64,000 bases of DNA from Thermoanaerobaculia bacterium. Lineage in GTDB: Bacteria; Acidobacteriota; Thermoanaerobaculia; Multivoradales; Multivoraceae. Below the pieces are notes generated by a model, which saw only the letters and a program-made list of their open reading frames with translations, made no database searches and was not told the DNA's origin. How positions within the stretch are numbered: the stretch's first letter is position 1; each line of letters starts with the position of its first letter. The DNA is taken from NCBI GenBank assembly GCA_963664405.1, contig OY761158.1, forward strand, positions 64,001 to 128,000, in the 5' to 3' direction. Shown here piece by piece: positions 27,517-37,667 of this stretch. The translations under genes were made by a program, and so were the position numbers.

Positions 27517-29580
27517 CTACCCTCCCGTCAGCCGCTGCGCATCCCGCTCTTCGATACGCTCTTCCAATGCCTCGCGGAAGCGCGACCAGCTCGCGTCGAT
27601 CGGTGATCTCGCCATCGCTCGCGCGTCTTCTCGAGCTCGCTCCAGCCACTCTAGGTCGCGGCCGAGATCGGCACAGCGCAGGCGCGGCAGGCCGGATTGG
27701 CGCCAACCCTCGAGATCCCCTGAGCCCCGTTGAGCGAGATCGGCCTCGGCGATCTCGAACCCGTCCAGGGTCGACTCAAAGATCTCGAGCCGTCGTCGAG
27801 CGTCGGCGCTCAGTGTTCCGTGGAGGGCGACACAGAAGGCCGGTTCGCGCCCCCGTCCGACCCGCCCCCGCAACTGGTGCAACTGAGCCATGCCGAATCT
27901 CTCGGCGCTCTCGATAATCATGAAGCGGGCGTCGGGAACGTCGACCCCGACCTCGATTACGGTCGTCGCCAGTAGCACCTGTACCTCTCCCTTGACGAAT
28001 CGGGCCATCCTCTCTTCGCGCAGCTCGCGGTCGAGACGGCCATGCACCAGCGCCACGCTGCAGTCGCTCAGCCACTTCCTCACCTCGCGCCCCTCTCGCT
28101 CGAGGGCGGCAACCTCCAACTGCTCGTTGGCCTCGATGAAGGGAAGTACGACAAAGGCCTGCCCGCCGTCCTGCAGCGTTCGAGCCAGCGACTCGTACAC
28201 CTTCTTCCTCCGAGCCCGGGGCAGGACCGCGGTCTGAAGCTCACCCCGCCCGGGTGGCATTTCGTCGATCACCGAGCAGTCGAGATCGCCAAAGACAGTA
28301 AGGGCGAGGGAGCGCGGAATCGGGGTCGCCGTCATGACCAGGAGATCAGGAAGGGTTCCTTTTGCCAACAGCCGCTGGCGCTGGGTGACGCCAAAACGGT
28401 GCTGCTCGTCGATAATCACGAGCCCGAGGCGCCGAAAAGTCAGTGAATCTTGGAAGAGAGCGTGAGTACCCACCGCAACATCCACCTCTCCTGCGGCCAG
28501 AGCCTCGAGGGCGTGACGATTCGCGGCGCTGAAGAGCTCCACTCGACACCTATCTCCGAGCAGGCCCTGGAGGCTCCTGAACTGCTGCTCGGCAAGGATC
28601 TCGGTTGGCGCCATCAGCGCTCCCTGGAGGCCATTCTCGACAGCCGCGACCAGAGCCAGCGCAGCAACGATGGTCTTGCCGCAGCCGACGTCTCCCTGCA
28701 ACAGGCGCTGCATCGGCGCGGGCTTGCCCAGATCGCGAAGGATCTCCTCCAACACTCGCTCTTGAGCGCTGGTAAGAGCGAAAGGAGGTACCTGCGCGAG
28801 AATCTTCCTCAAGCCGCCCCCGAGATCGTATCGGTGAGGCTTTTCTGCCGGCAGATGCCGTGAGCGCGCCAGCTCGATCCGACCGCGAATTTCGAGCAGC
28901 TCGCCGTAGGCGAGCCGGAGATGGAACGGACTCGTGCCCGCCTGCAGAGTGTCGAAGTCGACAGTCTCTCCGGGCCGGTGGAGCCCGTAGAGAGAGGCAG
29001 CCAGCGTCGGTAGGCCGTAGCTTTCGAGCAGTTGCGGGGGAAGTGCGTCCTCGAACACCGCCTCGAGATCCAAGTCGTCGAGAAGCCCTCCGACCAGCGA
29101 GCGGAGCCGGCGCGAGCTCAAGCCTGGCAGCGATGGATAGACTGGAACTATCTCTTTCGTCGCGACCGCCATCGGCTCCCAGCTGGGGTTTAGCATCTCG
29201 AGATCACCGCTTTTGGTACGACGGACCTCGCCGTAGAGCAGAACCTCGGCTTTCTCCTGGATCTGCTGCAGGAGATAGGGCTGGTTGAACCAGACAACTG
29301 CCAGGCGTCCCTGATCATCGGCAAGCTGGCCGCGAATGATCCGCAGGCCTCGGCGTCGAGTGAACACTCTGCGCAGGCCCTCGAGGCGGCCTACCACCGC
29401 GAAACGGCCGGTATCCTGCAGCGCCTCGGGAGAGACTATCTGCCGCCGATCCTCGTAGGCCGAGGGCAAATGGAGGAGTAGGTCCTGGACGCGGTGGTAA
29501 CCAGCCTCGGCAAGAGCCGCGAGACGCTTCGGTCCGATTCCCGGGAGAGAGGCGACAGACGCGCTGCCGGGCTGATCCAC
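27517..29580 (-). CDS. recG: ATP-dependent DNA helicase RecG
   Basis: RLLQGDVGCGKT, MAPTEILAEQ, IIDEQHRFGV, MTATPIPRSL, QLHQLRGRVGRG and DGFEIAEADL motifs. Confidence 0.97.
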   Translation of the reverse strand: MDQPGSASVASLPGIGPKRLAALAEAGYHRVQDLLLHLPSAYEDRRQIVSPEALQDTGRFAVVGRLEGLRRVFTRRRGLRIIRGQLADDQGRLAVVWFNQPYLLQQIQEKAEVLLYGEVRRTKSGDLEMLNPSWEPMAVATKEIVPVYPSLPGLSSRRLRSLVGGLLDDLDLEAVFEDALPPQLLESYGLPTLAASLYGLHRPGETVDFDTLQAGTSPFHLRLAYGELLEIRGRIELARSRHLPAEKPHRYDLGGGLRKILAQVPPFALTSAQERVLEEILRDLGKPAPMQRLLQGDVGCGKTIVAALALVAAVENGLQGALMAPTEILAEQQFRSLQGLLGDRCRVELFSAANRHALEALAAGEVDVAVGTHALFQDSLTFRRLGLVIIDEQHRFGVTQRQRLLAKGTLPDLLVMTATPIPRSLALTVFGDLDCSVIDEMPPGRGELQTAVLPRARRKKVYESLARTLQDGGQAFVVLPFIEANEQLEVAALEREGREVRKWLSDCSVALVHGRLDRELREERMARFVKGEVQVLLATTVIEVGVDVPDARFMIIESAERFGMAQLHQLRGRVGRGREPAFCVALHGTLSADARRRLEIFESTLDGFEIAEADLAQRGSGDLEGWRQSGLPRLRCADLGRDLEWLERAREDARAMARSPIDASWSRFREALEERIEERDAQRLTGG

Positions 29581-30368
29581 TAATTGCCTGGGTGAAAGAT
29601 CAATCGCACGAGGCCGAAGCCGAGCAGGTCTCCCTCCTGCAGGGCGACAGGTACTCCTGTCTCGAGCCGAGTGTCGTTGACGAAAGTGCCGTTCGACGTC
29701 CCGATCTCCTCGCGAAGAAAGAACTTCCGTCCCCGGTGGTAGATCTTGGCGTGGGCGCGGCTGGTGGTTCGCTGCGTATCCACTTCGGTGAGATCGATAT
29801 CGGGATCGATGCCGGTGACCGGATCCTTGCGACCCACCGTCGTCTCGCTCCCGGCCGACAGATAGAACTCCGTCGCCCCGTCCTGTGATAGAAGGCGCGC
29901 GAGAGAGCTCGGCCCAGCCGCCCTGCCGACTCTAGGAGCGGACCCACTGCCGATTCGAGGCCTCGGAGCCTCACGGGCAATCCGATCCATCTCGGTTTCC
30001 AAGAGGCGCACCCGAGTCGACATCTTGCGCATCATTCGAACCGGGATCTCCGGGTTGTCCTTCAGCATCTGATCGAAAGTCGAGGAGCTCACACTCAGCA
30101 CGCTCGTCTTGTCGATGGCTCGAATCGTAGCGATCCGCGGTAGCCCCTCGAGGATCGCCATCTCCCCGAAAAAGTCGCCCTTTTCGAGCACGGCCAAGCG
30201 AGATTCATCGCCGCCTATTTGCTTGATGACTTCGACGCGGCCGGTCTGAATAATGAACATCTCGTCGCCAGGATCGCCTTCGGCGAAGATCACTTCGCCT
30301 TTGTCGAACTCGGCCAGCGAAGCGGGCTCCCCCTTCTTGGCAGTCGTTCTGAATACGGTCTTTCCCAT
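29580..30368 (-). CDS. Cyclic-nucleotide-binding + FHA domain protein
   Basis: N-terminal IFAEGDPGDEMFII..G.VEV...GDFFGEMAIL...PR.AT; C-terminal canonical FHA VGR...SRAHA...NGTFVN. Confidence 0.9.
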   Translation of the reverse strand: MGKTVFRTTAKKGEPASLAEFDKGEVIFAEGDPGDEMFIIQTGRVEVIKQIGGDESRLAVLEKGDFFGEMAILEGLPRIATIRAIDKTSVLSVSSSTFDQMLKDNPEIPVRMMRKMSTRVRLLETEMDRIAREAPRPRIGSGSAPRVGRAAGPSSLARLLSQDGATEFYLSAGSETTVGRKDPVTGIDPDIDLTEVDTQRTTSRAHAKIYHRGRKFFLREEIGTSNGTFVNDTRLETGVPVALQEGDLLGFGLVRLIFHPGN

Positions 30369-30388
30369 CTTTCACCGCTCCCGATACT

Positions 30389-31291
30389 TCACTCGTCCCC
30401 CAGAACGAGGAGCTCGCCAGCACCGGGGACGAGCCGGACTCGAGCCCCCAGTGGCAGAGTGAGATTGGGCGCTCCGTGACCGCTTTGGATACCCCAAGCG
30501 AGCGCAGCTGGACGCGACTCTCCAGGCAAGCGTAGCCGAGCCCGGGTCAGGCCTGCCCCACCCGTTGAGTCAACCGCCTCTAAGTGCCCAAATACCATGG
30601 CTTTGACGCCATCGAGCGTACCTGAGAGGTGGAGGTGGGTCAACATTCGGTCAAGCCGGTAGAACGGCTCGTTCACGTCCTCTAGAAAGAGGATAGAGCC
30701 ACTGAGGTCTGGACAGTACGGAGTACCGAGAACACTGGTGAGCAACGACAGGCAACCGCCGCGTAGGATCCCTTCGACGACCTCGCCCTGCTCCGCGATG
30801 TTACAGGCAAGCCTGCGCTCGATTCGCCCCTCGAGCGCAGAGAGCAAGGAGCTTCGCTCGACTGGAGCCAGCGGCCGTGCCAAATCGGTGGCGACCATGG
30901 GGCCATGAAAACAAATGAGGTCGAGACGGCGGACTACCTCGTTGAGGAGAGGTGTCAGGTCCGAATATCCGACATAGGCCTTGGGGTGGGCAGCCATAAG
31001 TTCCCAGTCGAGATCCGGCAACGAGCGGAGCAGACCATGTCCCCCACGGGCGAAGAGAATGGCTTTGACCTCGGCAGCCGCCACCAACTCGTGGAAACCC
31101 GCCAGCTGCTCGCCGGAGTCACCGATGGAGCCGCTCTCTACCAGGCGCAGATTGCTTGCGAGACGAGTCTCGAAGCCGATCTCACGAAGCTGAGCGAGGC
31201 CGCACGCCAGTGCCGCCGGGTCGGGAGGACTGGAAAGGGCGGCCACCCCCACCACGTCTCCCACTCCAACAGAGGGAGGTCTAGACGCCAT
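30389..31291 (-). CDS. ldcA: LD-carboxypeptidase (S66 family)
   Basis: ARGG.G, VGYSDLT, HGPM, LFLEDVNE..YRLDRML and GH motifs. Confidence 0.9.
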   Translation of the reverse strand: MASRPPSVGVGDVVGVAALSSPPDPAALACGLAQLREIGFETRLASNLRLVESGSIGDSGEQLAGFHELVAAAEVKAILFARGGHGLLRSLPDLDWELMAAHPKAYVGYSDLTPLLNEVVRRLDLICFHGPMVATDLARPLAPVERSSLLSALEGRIERRLACNIAEQGEVVEGILRGGCLSLLTSVLGTPYCPDLSGSILFLEDVNEPFYRLDRMLTHLHLSGTLDGVKAMVFGHLEAVDSTGGAGLTRARLRLPGESRPAALAWGIQSGHGAPNLTLPLGARVRLVPGAGELLVLGDE

Positions 31292-31313
31292 CTTTCACCT
31301 GGGAATCAAAAGA

Positions 31314-31703
<390 letters not shown>

Positions 31704-31718
31704 CCGGCCTAGTCTACT

Positions 31719-33212
31719 TCAGCGGCCGCGCCGAAACAGCTTGGTGAAGGTCGGAAACATGCCTTCCGGCTCTTCCTCGGCACTTTCTTCGCCCCGCCTG
31801 GGTTTCTTCGCCGCCCTGGCCGAGGCTTTCGCCCTTGCCTGCTTCTCCTGCTTCTTTCTCTTCTTCCCCTTAGGATCCTCTAGATCTGCGAGGGCCTCCT
31901 GGGCGTCCTCGAGGTCCGGCCGCAACTCCAGAGCAGCTCGATACTGCACCATCGCCTGTCTTTCATCGCCACTTTCCTCCAACACCTGACCGAAGGACAG
32001 ACGCAGTTTGGCGTCCTCGGGCCGGAGTCGGACCGCCTCCCGGAAGCTTTCGACCGCTCCGCGCTTCCACTCCGGATTTCTACGCTGCACTTCGCCAAGC
32101 AATTTGTAGTACTCGGCCTGGGAATCGAGTATCACCGCCTGCTGCATGAGGTCCAGGACGCCTTGGAAGTCCTCCTGCATGTAGAGGAATTTTGCCCGAG
32201 AGTACATCTCTCTCGCGACGCCACTCTTCTCTTCTTGGCGCTCCTCGCTCAGAGCTTGCCGGACTTCGGGTCCGAGCTCATGATCGTATTGGCGCCGACG
32301 GTCAGGATGGCTGAGCTGGAGGTAGGCCTCGGTGACTTTGTCAAAGATGAGATCGAGGGCCGCCTCCCGCCCCTCGAGAGAGAGCTTGCTGCCGTTGTCC
32401 GGATGGGCGAGACAGGCCGCGTTCACGAAGCTTCGGTGAATCGCCGGCTCGTCGGAGTGCCTATCTAGACCGAGGATCTCATAGCTGTTCCAGCCCCCGA
32501 CATTCCGTAGCATGTCGGCAAGCCAGGTGCGATGCTGCTCCGGCGAGAGAGTCGGCGGACGACTTTCCAGCTCGAGCCGGATTCTTGACAGGAAAAGCTC
32601 ACGGGAGTGGGTGCTGATCCCTCGCGCCTTCTCCACACCCTTCTCAGAAACGGGCTCCAGCAAGCCCACCGTTCTCAGGCGCACCAGGCCTTCGAGAAAA
32701 GCCGCCTCTTCTTCGCCGTCGGGCACCACCTCACCGAGTGTTCTGGGCTGAAGGAACTTGCTCAGAAGGGCTTCGAGACCCTCTCCTATGTCAGGGAGCG
32801 CCGAAGCCCCCAGGCGACTGCCAAATGCCACCTTCAACGAAGTAGCCGGGCCCCTGAGAACCTTCCACAACGCCAGGACATCCTTGCCCAAAACACTCGC
32901 TTCCATCAAGAGAACGGCGGCCGCGACCTCTTCGCCGACCTCCTCGACCACCGGTCCATCCAGCGGCAGGAAGTGGACATCTTTCGCCGGCGACTCGGCC
33001 AGGTGGCGAATGAGCTCCTCCATAGTGGGAGCCCCCTCCCCGGCTTCAAAGAAGATGCCTCCCTCCGAGAGGCGAAGGCGCTGGCAGGTCTCACCGGTCC
33101 GGATCTCGAGAATCCCTGAGCGAGACTCTTCCACCAGCGCGGCGACGAGTTGCACGGCTGACTCCGCCCCACGGCGCTTCGATCTCTGAGTCGCTTCGCC
33201 ACCGTCGCTCAT
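31719..33212 (-). CDS. DUF4388-like / J-domain / TPR protein
   Basis: N-terminal SGILEI (DUF4388-like), J-domain YEILG...HPD...EAY..LS.PDRRRQYD, and C-terminal TPRs. Confidence 0.8.
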   Translation of the reverse strand: MSDGGEATQRSKRRGAESAVQLVAALVEESRSGILEIRTGETCQRLRLSEGGIFFEAGEGAPTMEELIRHLAESPAKDVHFLPLDGPVVEEVGEEVAAAVLLMEASVLGKDVLALWKVLRGPATSLKVAFGSRLGASALPDIGEGLEALLSKFLQPRTLGEVVPDGEEEAAFLEGLVRLRTVGLLEPVSEKGVEKARGISTHSRELFLSRIRLELESRPPTLSPEQHRTWLADMLRNVGGWNSYEILGLDRHSDEPAIHRSFVNAACLAHPDNGSKLSLEGREAALDLIFDKVTEAYLQLSHPDRRRQYDHELGPEVRQALSEERQEEKSGVAREMYSRAKFLYMQEDFQGVLDLMQQAVILDSQAEYYKLLGEVQRRNPEWKRGAVESFREAVRLRPEDAKLRLSFGQVLEESGDERQAMVQYRAALELRPDLEDAQEALADLEDPKGKKRKKQEKQARAKASARAAKKPRRGEESAEEEPEGMFPTFTKLFRRGR

Positions 33213-35050
33213 GTCGATATTCTACCGGAGCCTCCACTCTCGCTTCCCGCCGCTTCAGCTTCGAGCTGACTCCAAACGCTTTGGCCGATGCGAGGACCCA
33301 AGACGCCCTGGATCTCCTCGAGGCTCGCCCGCTTGAGTCCGGCGAAGCTGCCAAAGTGGCGAACAAGAAGCTGCCTACGCCTTTGCCCCACCCCTTGTAG
33401 ATCGTCGAAGCGCGTCCGCAACATGCGAGCCGAGCGGCGGCGGCGGTGACGGGAAAGAGCGAAACGGTGGGCCTCGTCGCGGATCTGTTGCAGCAAGCGC
33501 AGTCCCGAGTCACGACGCGGTAGTCGCAATGGTTCGGGAAGATCGGGGAGATAGATCTCCTCCTCCCTCTTGGCCAGACCCGCCACCGGTGTCTCCTCGA
33601 CACCGAGCACAGCCAGGGCTTGTAGCGCCGCGTTGAGCTGCCCCCGGCCCCCGTCGATCAAAATGAGGTCCGGCATCGTTCCGACCTCCTCCAAGCGCCT
33701 ACGATAGGCCCGCCCTACCGCTTGCCGCATGGATTCGAAGTCGTCGGGTCGATCGAGATCTCGGATGTTGAAGCTGCGATAGTCCTTCTTTCGCATCTTT
33801 CCCCCCTCCCACACGACTAGGGACGCGACCGTCTCGCCGCCCTGAAGGGTCGAGATGTCGAAGCCCTCTATCCGAGAGGGAAGCTCTTCCAAGCGTAGAT
33901 GCTCGCGCAGGCTCTCGCTGGCGGCCAGATGAGGCGCCGCACCGCGAAAACGCCGGTGATAGGACATCTTCGCGTTTCGCATCGCCAGTTCTACGCGATC
34001 AGCTTTGGTGCCGCGGGCCGGGAGTCGTAGGTAGACCTTCTCTCCCTTGCGCTCCGAGAGCCAGCCGAGAAGGGGCTCCTCCCCTTCGATCGGCACCGGC
34101 AGATGAAGCTCCTTGGGAATGAATGTGGTGCGGTCGTAGATCTGCGGCAGGAGCTCCGAGAGCAGCCGCCGCTCGCCAAGCCCGGTCTCCCCCTCCCAGA
34201 AATACTCACGACGGTCGAGAACCTGTCCGCCACGCATGATGAAACAGGTCACGGCGGCGTTCTCACCGGCGATGAAGACGCCGTAGATATCCACATCCTC
34301 CCCCCGTTGCGAGGAGAGCTTGCGCCGCTCACTAATCGATTCGATCTCAAAGACAGCGTCTCTGAGCTCCGCCGCTCGCTCGTACTCGAGTCGACTGGAG
34401 GCATCCATCATCCGGCCGCGCAGAGAGCGCAGCAGCTCTTGATTACGGCCGCCGAGGAAGAGGCGAGCTCTCTCAACGGCGTCCGAGTACTCTTCGGCAC
34501 TCGTCAGGCCCGCAACGCAAGGCCCGAGACAGCGCTTCATGTCGTGATACAAGCAGGGACGAGGCAGCCTTCCGTCGATCTCGATCTGGCAGACGCGAAC
34601 CCCGAATAGCTTCTGAACCAGCTTGATCGCTTTGCGAGCCAGCCCTGCCGGAAGGAAAGGTCCGTAGTACTCCGCGCCGTCATCGCGCACCCGCCGAGTG
34701 AAAGCGATACGTGGATAGCCCTCTTCGACGGTCAGCTTGAGATAGGGGTACGTCTTGTCGTCGCGCAGTCGAATGTTGAAGCGCGGCTGCCCCTTCTTTA
34801 TCCAGTTGTTCTCGAGATAGAGAGCCTCCGCTTCGGAGTCGGTGACCACGAAATCGAGGCGCTCGGCCTCCGCCATCATCGCAGCCAGGCGGGGCTCGAG
34901 ATCCGGCTTCAAATAGCTGGCGGCGCGCTTGCGAAGAGACTTTGCCTTCCCAACATAGAGCGGCGAGCCTTCCCGATCGCGAAAGATGTAGATCCCGGGC
35001 TGATCCGGCAGCTCTGTGACTCTTGCGCCAAGAGGGTGTTGATACGGCAT
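33209..35050 (-). CDS. uvrC: Excinuclease ABC subunit C
   Basis: PGIYIF...YVGKAKSLRKR, LRDDKTYPY, IEGFDIS, LIDGGRGQL and RDEAHRFA motifs. Confidence 0.97.
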   Translation of the reverse strand: MPYQHPLGARVTELPDQPGIYIFRDREGSPLYVGKAKSLRKRAASYLKPDLEPRLAAMMAEAERLDFVVTDSEAEALYLENNWIKKGQPRFNIRLRDDKTYPYLKLTVEEGYPRIAFTRRVRDDGAEYYGPFLPAGLARKAIKLVQKLFGVRVCQIEIDGRLPRPCLYHDMKRCLGPCVAGLTSAEEYSDAVERARLFLGGRNQELLRSLRGRMMDASSRLEYERAAELRDAVFEIESISERRKLSSQRGEDVDIYGVFIAGENAAVTCFIMRGGQVLDRREYFWEGETGLGERRLLSELLPQIYDRTTFIPKELHLPVPIEGEEPLLGWLSERKGEKVYLRLPARGTKADRVELAMRNAKMSYHRRFRGAAPHLAASESLREHLRLEELPSRIEGFDISTLQGGETVASLVVWEGGKMRKKDYRSFNIRDLDRPDDFESMRQAVGRAYRRRLEEVGTMPDLILIDGGRGQLNAALQALAVLGVEETPVAGLAKREEEIYLPDLPEPLRLPRRDSGLRLLQQIRDEAHRFALSRHRRRRSARMLRTRFDDLQGVGQRRRQLLVRHFGSFAGLKRASLEEIQGVLGPRIGQSVWSQLEAEAAGSESGGSGRIST

Positions 35051-35053
35051 GAC

Positions 35054-37045
35054 TCAGGGAGCAAGAACCATCGCATCACGAAGAGTCTGAATCTGGTCGC
35101 GCAGCGCCGCTGCCTCTTCGAACTCGAGACGTTTGGCCGCAGCGCGCATCTCCTTCTCCAACGCTCGCACCTGCTCGGCGAGCGGCTTCGTCGAGGCCTC
35201 GGCGATAGCCGAGAGCCGTTCCATCCCGGTGTCGTGATAGTCGAGGTTGCTCATCTGAACCAGCGGATTGTGGATCTCTTTGATGACGGTCGCCGGTTCG
35301 ATACCGTGTTGGCGATTGTATTCACCCTGTCGTTGGCGCCGTCGCTCTGTCTCCTCGAGAGTCTTGCGCATCGAGTTGGTCTCTCGATCGGCGTAGAGAA
35401 TCACCCTCCCATTCACGTTGCGAGCGGCGCGCCCTGCGGTCTGGATCAGCGAAGTCTCGCTGCGCAGAAACCCTTCTTTGTCCGCGTCGAGGACCGCCAC
35501 CAGCGAGACCTCGGGCAAGTCGAGCCCTTCGCGAAGCAGATTGATCCCGACCAGGATGTCGAAGTCACCGCGGCGCAGCGCCGCGGTGATCTGCACTCGC
35601 TCCAGCGTGTCGATGTCGCTGTGCAGGTATCGAGCCTTGAGCCCGAACTCACGAAGGTACTGGGTGAGCTCCTCGGCCATTCGCTTGGTGAGGGTGGTGA
35701 TGAGGACTCGCTCCTTCTCGGCGACTACCTTTTGGACTTCCTCGAGCAAATCGTCGACCTGACGCTGCGCAGGTCGTACTTCGATCCGCGGATCCAATAA
35801 ACCGGTTGGACGAATCACCTGCTCGACAACGACACCGCCACTGCGCTCCAGCTCCCAAGCAGACGGCGTAGCCGAGACGTAGATTCTTTGCCCGATCCGC
35901 TCATCGAACTCCTCGAAAGTGAGGGGGCGGTTATCCAAAGCGCTCGGAAGGCGGAAGCCGTAGTCGACGAGAGTCTGTTTGCGAGAGCGATCGCCAGCGT
36001 ACATACCGCGGACCTGCGGAACCGTCTGGTGACTTTCATCGATGATGAGCAAGAAGTCCTCGGACAGATAGTCGAGCAGGGTTGGCGGCGGCTCACCAGC
36101 CCTTCGGCCAGTCAGATGCCGAGAGTAGTTCTCGATCCCCTGGCAATAGCCCAACTCCTTCATCATCTCCAGATCAAAGCGAGTACGCTGTTCCAGACGC
36201 TGCGCCTCGAGCAGCTTCCCCTCACGCTCGAGCTCGCTCAAGCATGACTCCAGCTCGTCGCGGATCGCCGCGATGGCCTGCTTGAGCGTATCTTTAGGCG
36301 TGACGTAGTGACTCTGCGGATAGACCGGGACCTGGTCGAGATCTTCGAGCCGCTTTCCAGTCAGAGTGTCGAAGCGTTGCAGAGCCTCGATCTCGTCGCC
36401 AAAGTACTCGACTCGGATTCCTCGCTCGTCGTAGGAGGGAAGAATCTCGAGAATGTCACCGCGGAGACGAAACGACCCGGGAGAGAGATCCATGTGGGTG
36501 CGCTTGTACTGCATCTCGGCAAGCCGCCGCAGAGCGGCATCGAGGCCATCTTCCTCTCCCCTGCGAAAGTAGTGCAGCATGCCGGAGAAGGAATCGGGGG
36601 AGCCCAGTCCGTAAATGCATGAAACCGACGAGACGACGACAACGTCCCTCCTTTCACAGAGAGAGGTGGTCGTTCTCAGACGGAGGCGCTCGAGATCTTC
36701 GTTGACTGAGGTCTCTTTCTCGACATAGGTATCGCTCTGCGGAACGTACGCCTCCGGCTGGTAATAGTCGTAATAGGAGACGAAGTACTCGACAGCGTTG
36801 TTGGGGAAGAACGCCTTGAACTCTTGATAGAGCTGAGCCGCCAGAGTTTTGTTGTGAGAGAGGACCAGGGCCGGGCGCTGAAGAGCCTCGATGACCTTCG
36901 CTACGGTAAAGGTCTTGCCGGAACCAGTGACCCCGAGCAGCACCTGCTCCGAGTCTCCCGCGCGCAGCCGCGCCGCGAGATCACGAATGGCCCTCGGCTG
37001 ATCGCCCTGCGGAGAGAAGTTCGAAACAAGATCGAAACGCTGCAC
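35054..37045 (-). CDS. uvrB: Excinuclease ABC subunit B
   Basis: [42 protein letters not shown] and C-terminal UVR domain. Start GTG 37045. Confidence 0.97.
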   Translation of the reverse strand: MQRFDLVSNFSPQGDQPRAIRDLAARLRAGDSEQVLLGVTGSGKTFTVAKVIEALQRPALVLSHNKTLAAQLYQEFKAFFPNNAVEYFVSYYDYYQPEAYVPQSDTYVEKETSVNEDLERLRLRTTTSLCERRDVVVVSSVSCIYGLGSPDSFSGMLHYFRRGEEDGLDAALRRLAEMQYKRTHMDLSPGSFRLRGDILEILPSYDERGIRVEYFGDEIEALQRFDTLTGKRLEDLDQVPVYPQSHYVTPKDTLKQAIAAIRDELESCLSELEREGKLLEAQRLEQRTRFDLEMMKELGYCQGIENYSRHLTGRRAGEPPPTLLDYLSEDFLLIIDESHQTVPQVRGMYAGDRSRKQTLVDYGFRLPSALDNRPLTFEEFDERIGQRIYVSATPSAWELERSGGVVVEQVIRPTGLLDPRIEVRPAQRQVDDLLEEVQKVVAEKERVLITTLTKRMAEELTQYLREFGLKARYLHSDIDTLERVQITAALRRGDFDILVGINLLREGLDLPEVSLVAVLDADKEGFLRSETSLIQTAGRAARNVNGRVILYADRETNSMRKTLEETERRRQRQGEYNRQHGIEPATVIKEIHNPLVQMSNLDYHDTGMERLSAIAEASTKPLAEQVRALEKEMRAAAKRLEFEEAAALRDQIQTLRDAMVLAP

Positions 37046-37047
37046 AC

Positions 37048-37563
37048 TCAGGCCTCTTCGATTAGAGGCACACCCCACAACGCGGGTCCGCCCGGAGCCC
37101 ACAGCTCGGCGACAGGGCCGGTCTCGCCCAAGCCCTCCAGCGCTGCTGTCAGATCCTGAAGATGCTCTCGTCGCACCTCTTGACGCTGGGCCTTCCTCAG
37201 ACACTCGACGATCATCGACAGGGTAGCCTCGAATTCGACCGCGTCTACCGTCTTTCTCTTCACCGCCTGCCGCGCCGACGAGAAGGCGTCCTGGAGACGG
37301 CGCCTCTCTGCCTCGCCCCAATCCTCGGGCGCGTTCTCCACCAGAGCCTGCTCTGAAACCAACAGCATCCAACGCAGAACTCGGCCGGGCCGAGCCATCA
37401 AGACGAGTAGGAGCAGCCCACAGAGAAGTGCCAAGGTGAGGCAGCCAACCCCGCAGCCATAGAGAGCTCGCTTGTCAACATCCGCGGGATTACCTCCCAC
37501 GCCATCGGGCTGAAAGGGAGCTCCGGGCTCGATCGCTTCGCTCTCGGTGGACGGATCAGTCAT
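37048..37563 (-). CDS. Hypothetical single-TM protein
   Basis: YGCGVGC hydrophobic segment followed by a helical domain; abuts uvrB. ATG 37563. Confidence 0.65.
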   Translation of the reverse strand: MTDPSTESEAIEPGAPFQPDGVGGNPADVDKRALYGCGVGCLTLALLCGLLLLVLMARPGRVLRWMLLVSEQALVENAPEDWGEAERRRLQDAFSSARQAVKRKTVDAVEFEATLSMIVECLRKAQRQEVRREHLQDLTAALEGLGETGPVAELWAPGGPALWGVPLIEEA

Positions 37564-37667
37564 CGCAGGTGGACCGTAACACCAGCCGGCCCGGAGCGCT
37601 TGACGATGGCTCAGACTCCCGCTTCCGCCTGCGGTGCCGGCCCGTATAATACTCTCGCGAGGACTGC

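Noticed and set aside
37046-37372. Long N-terminal extensions of UvrB (also CysS, MutS, RluB, HU and S6) in the ORF track
   Set aside because: They overlap neighbouring genes or promoters. Family homology begins at the downstream starts used here.
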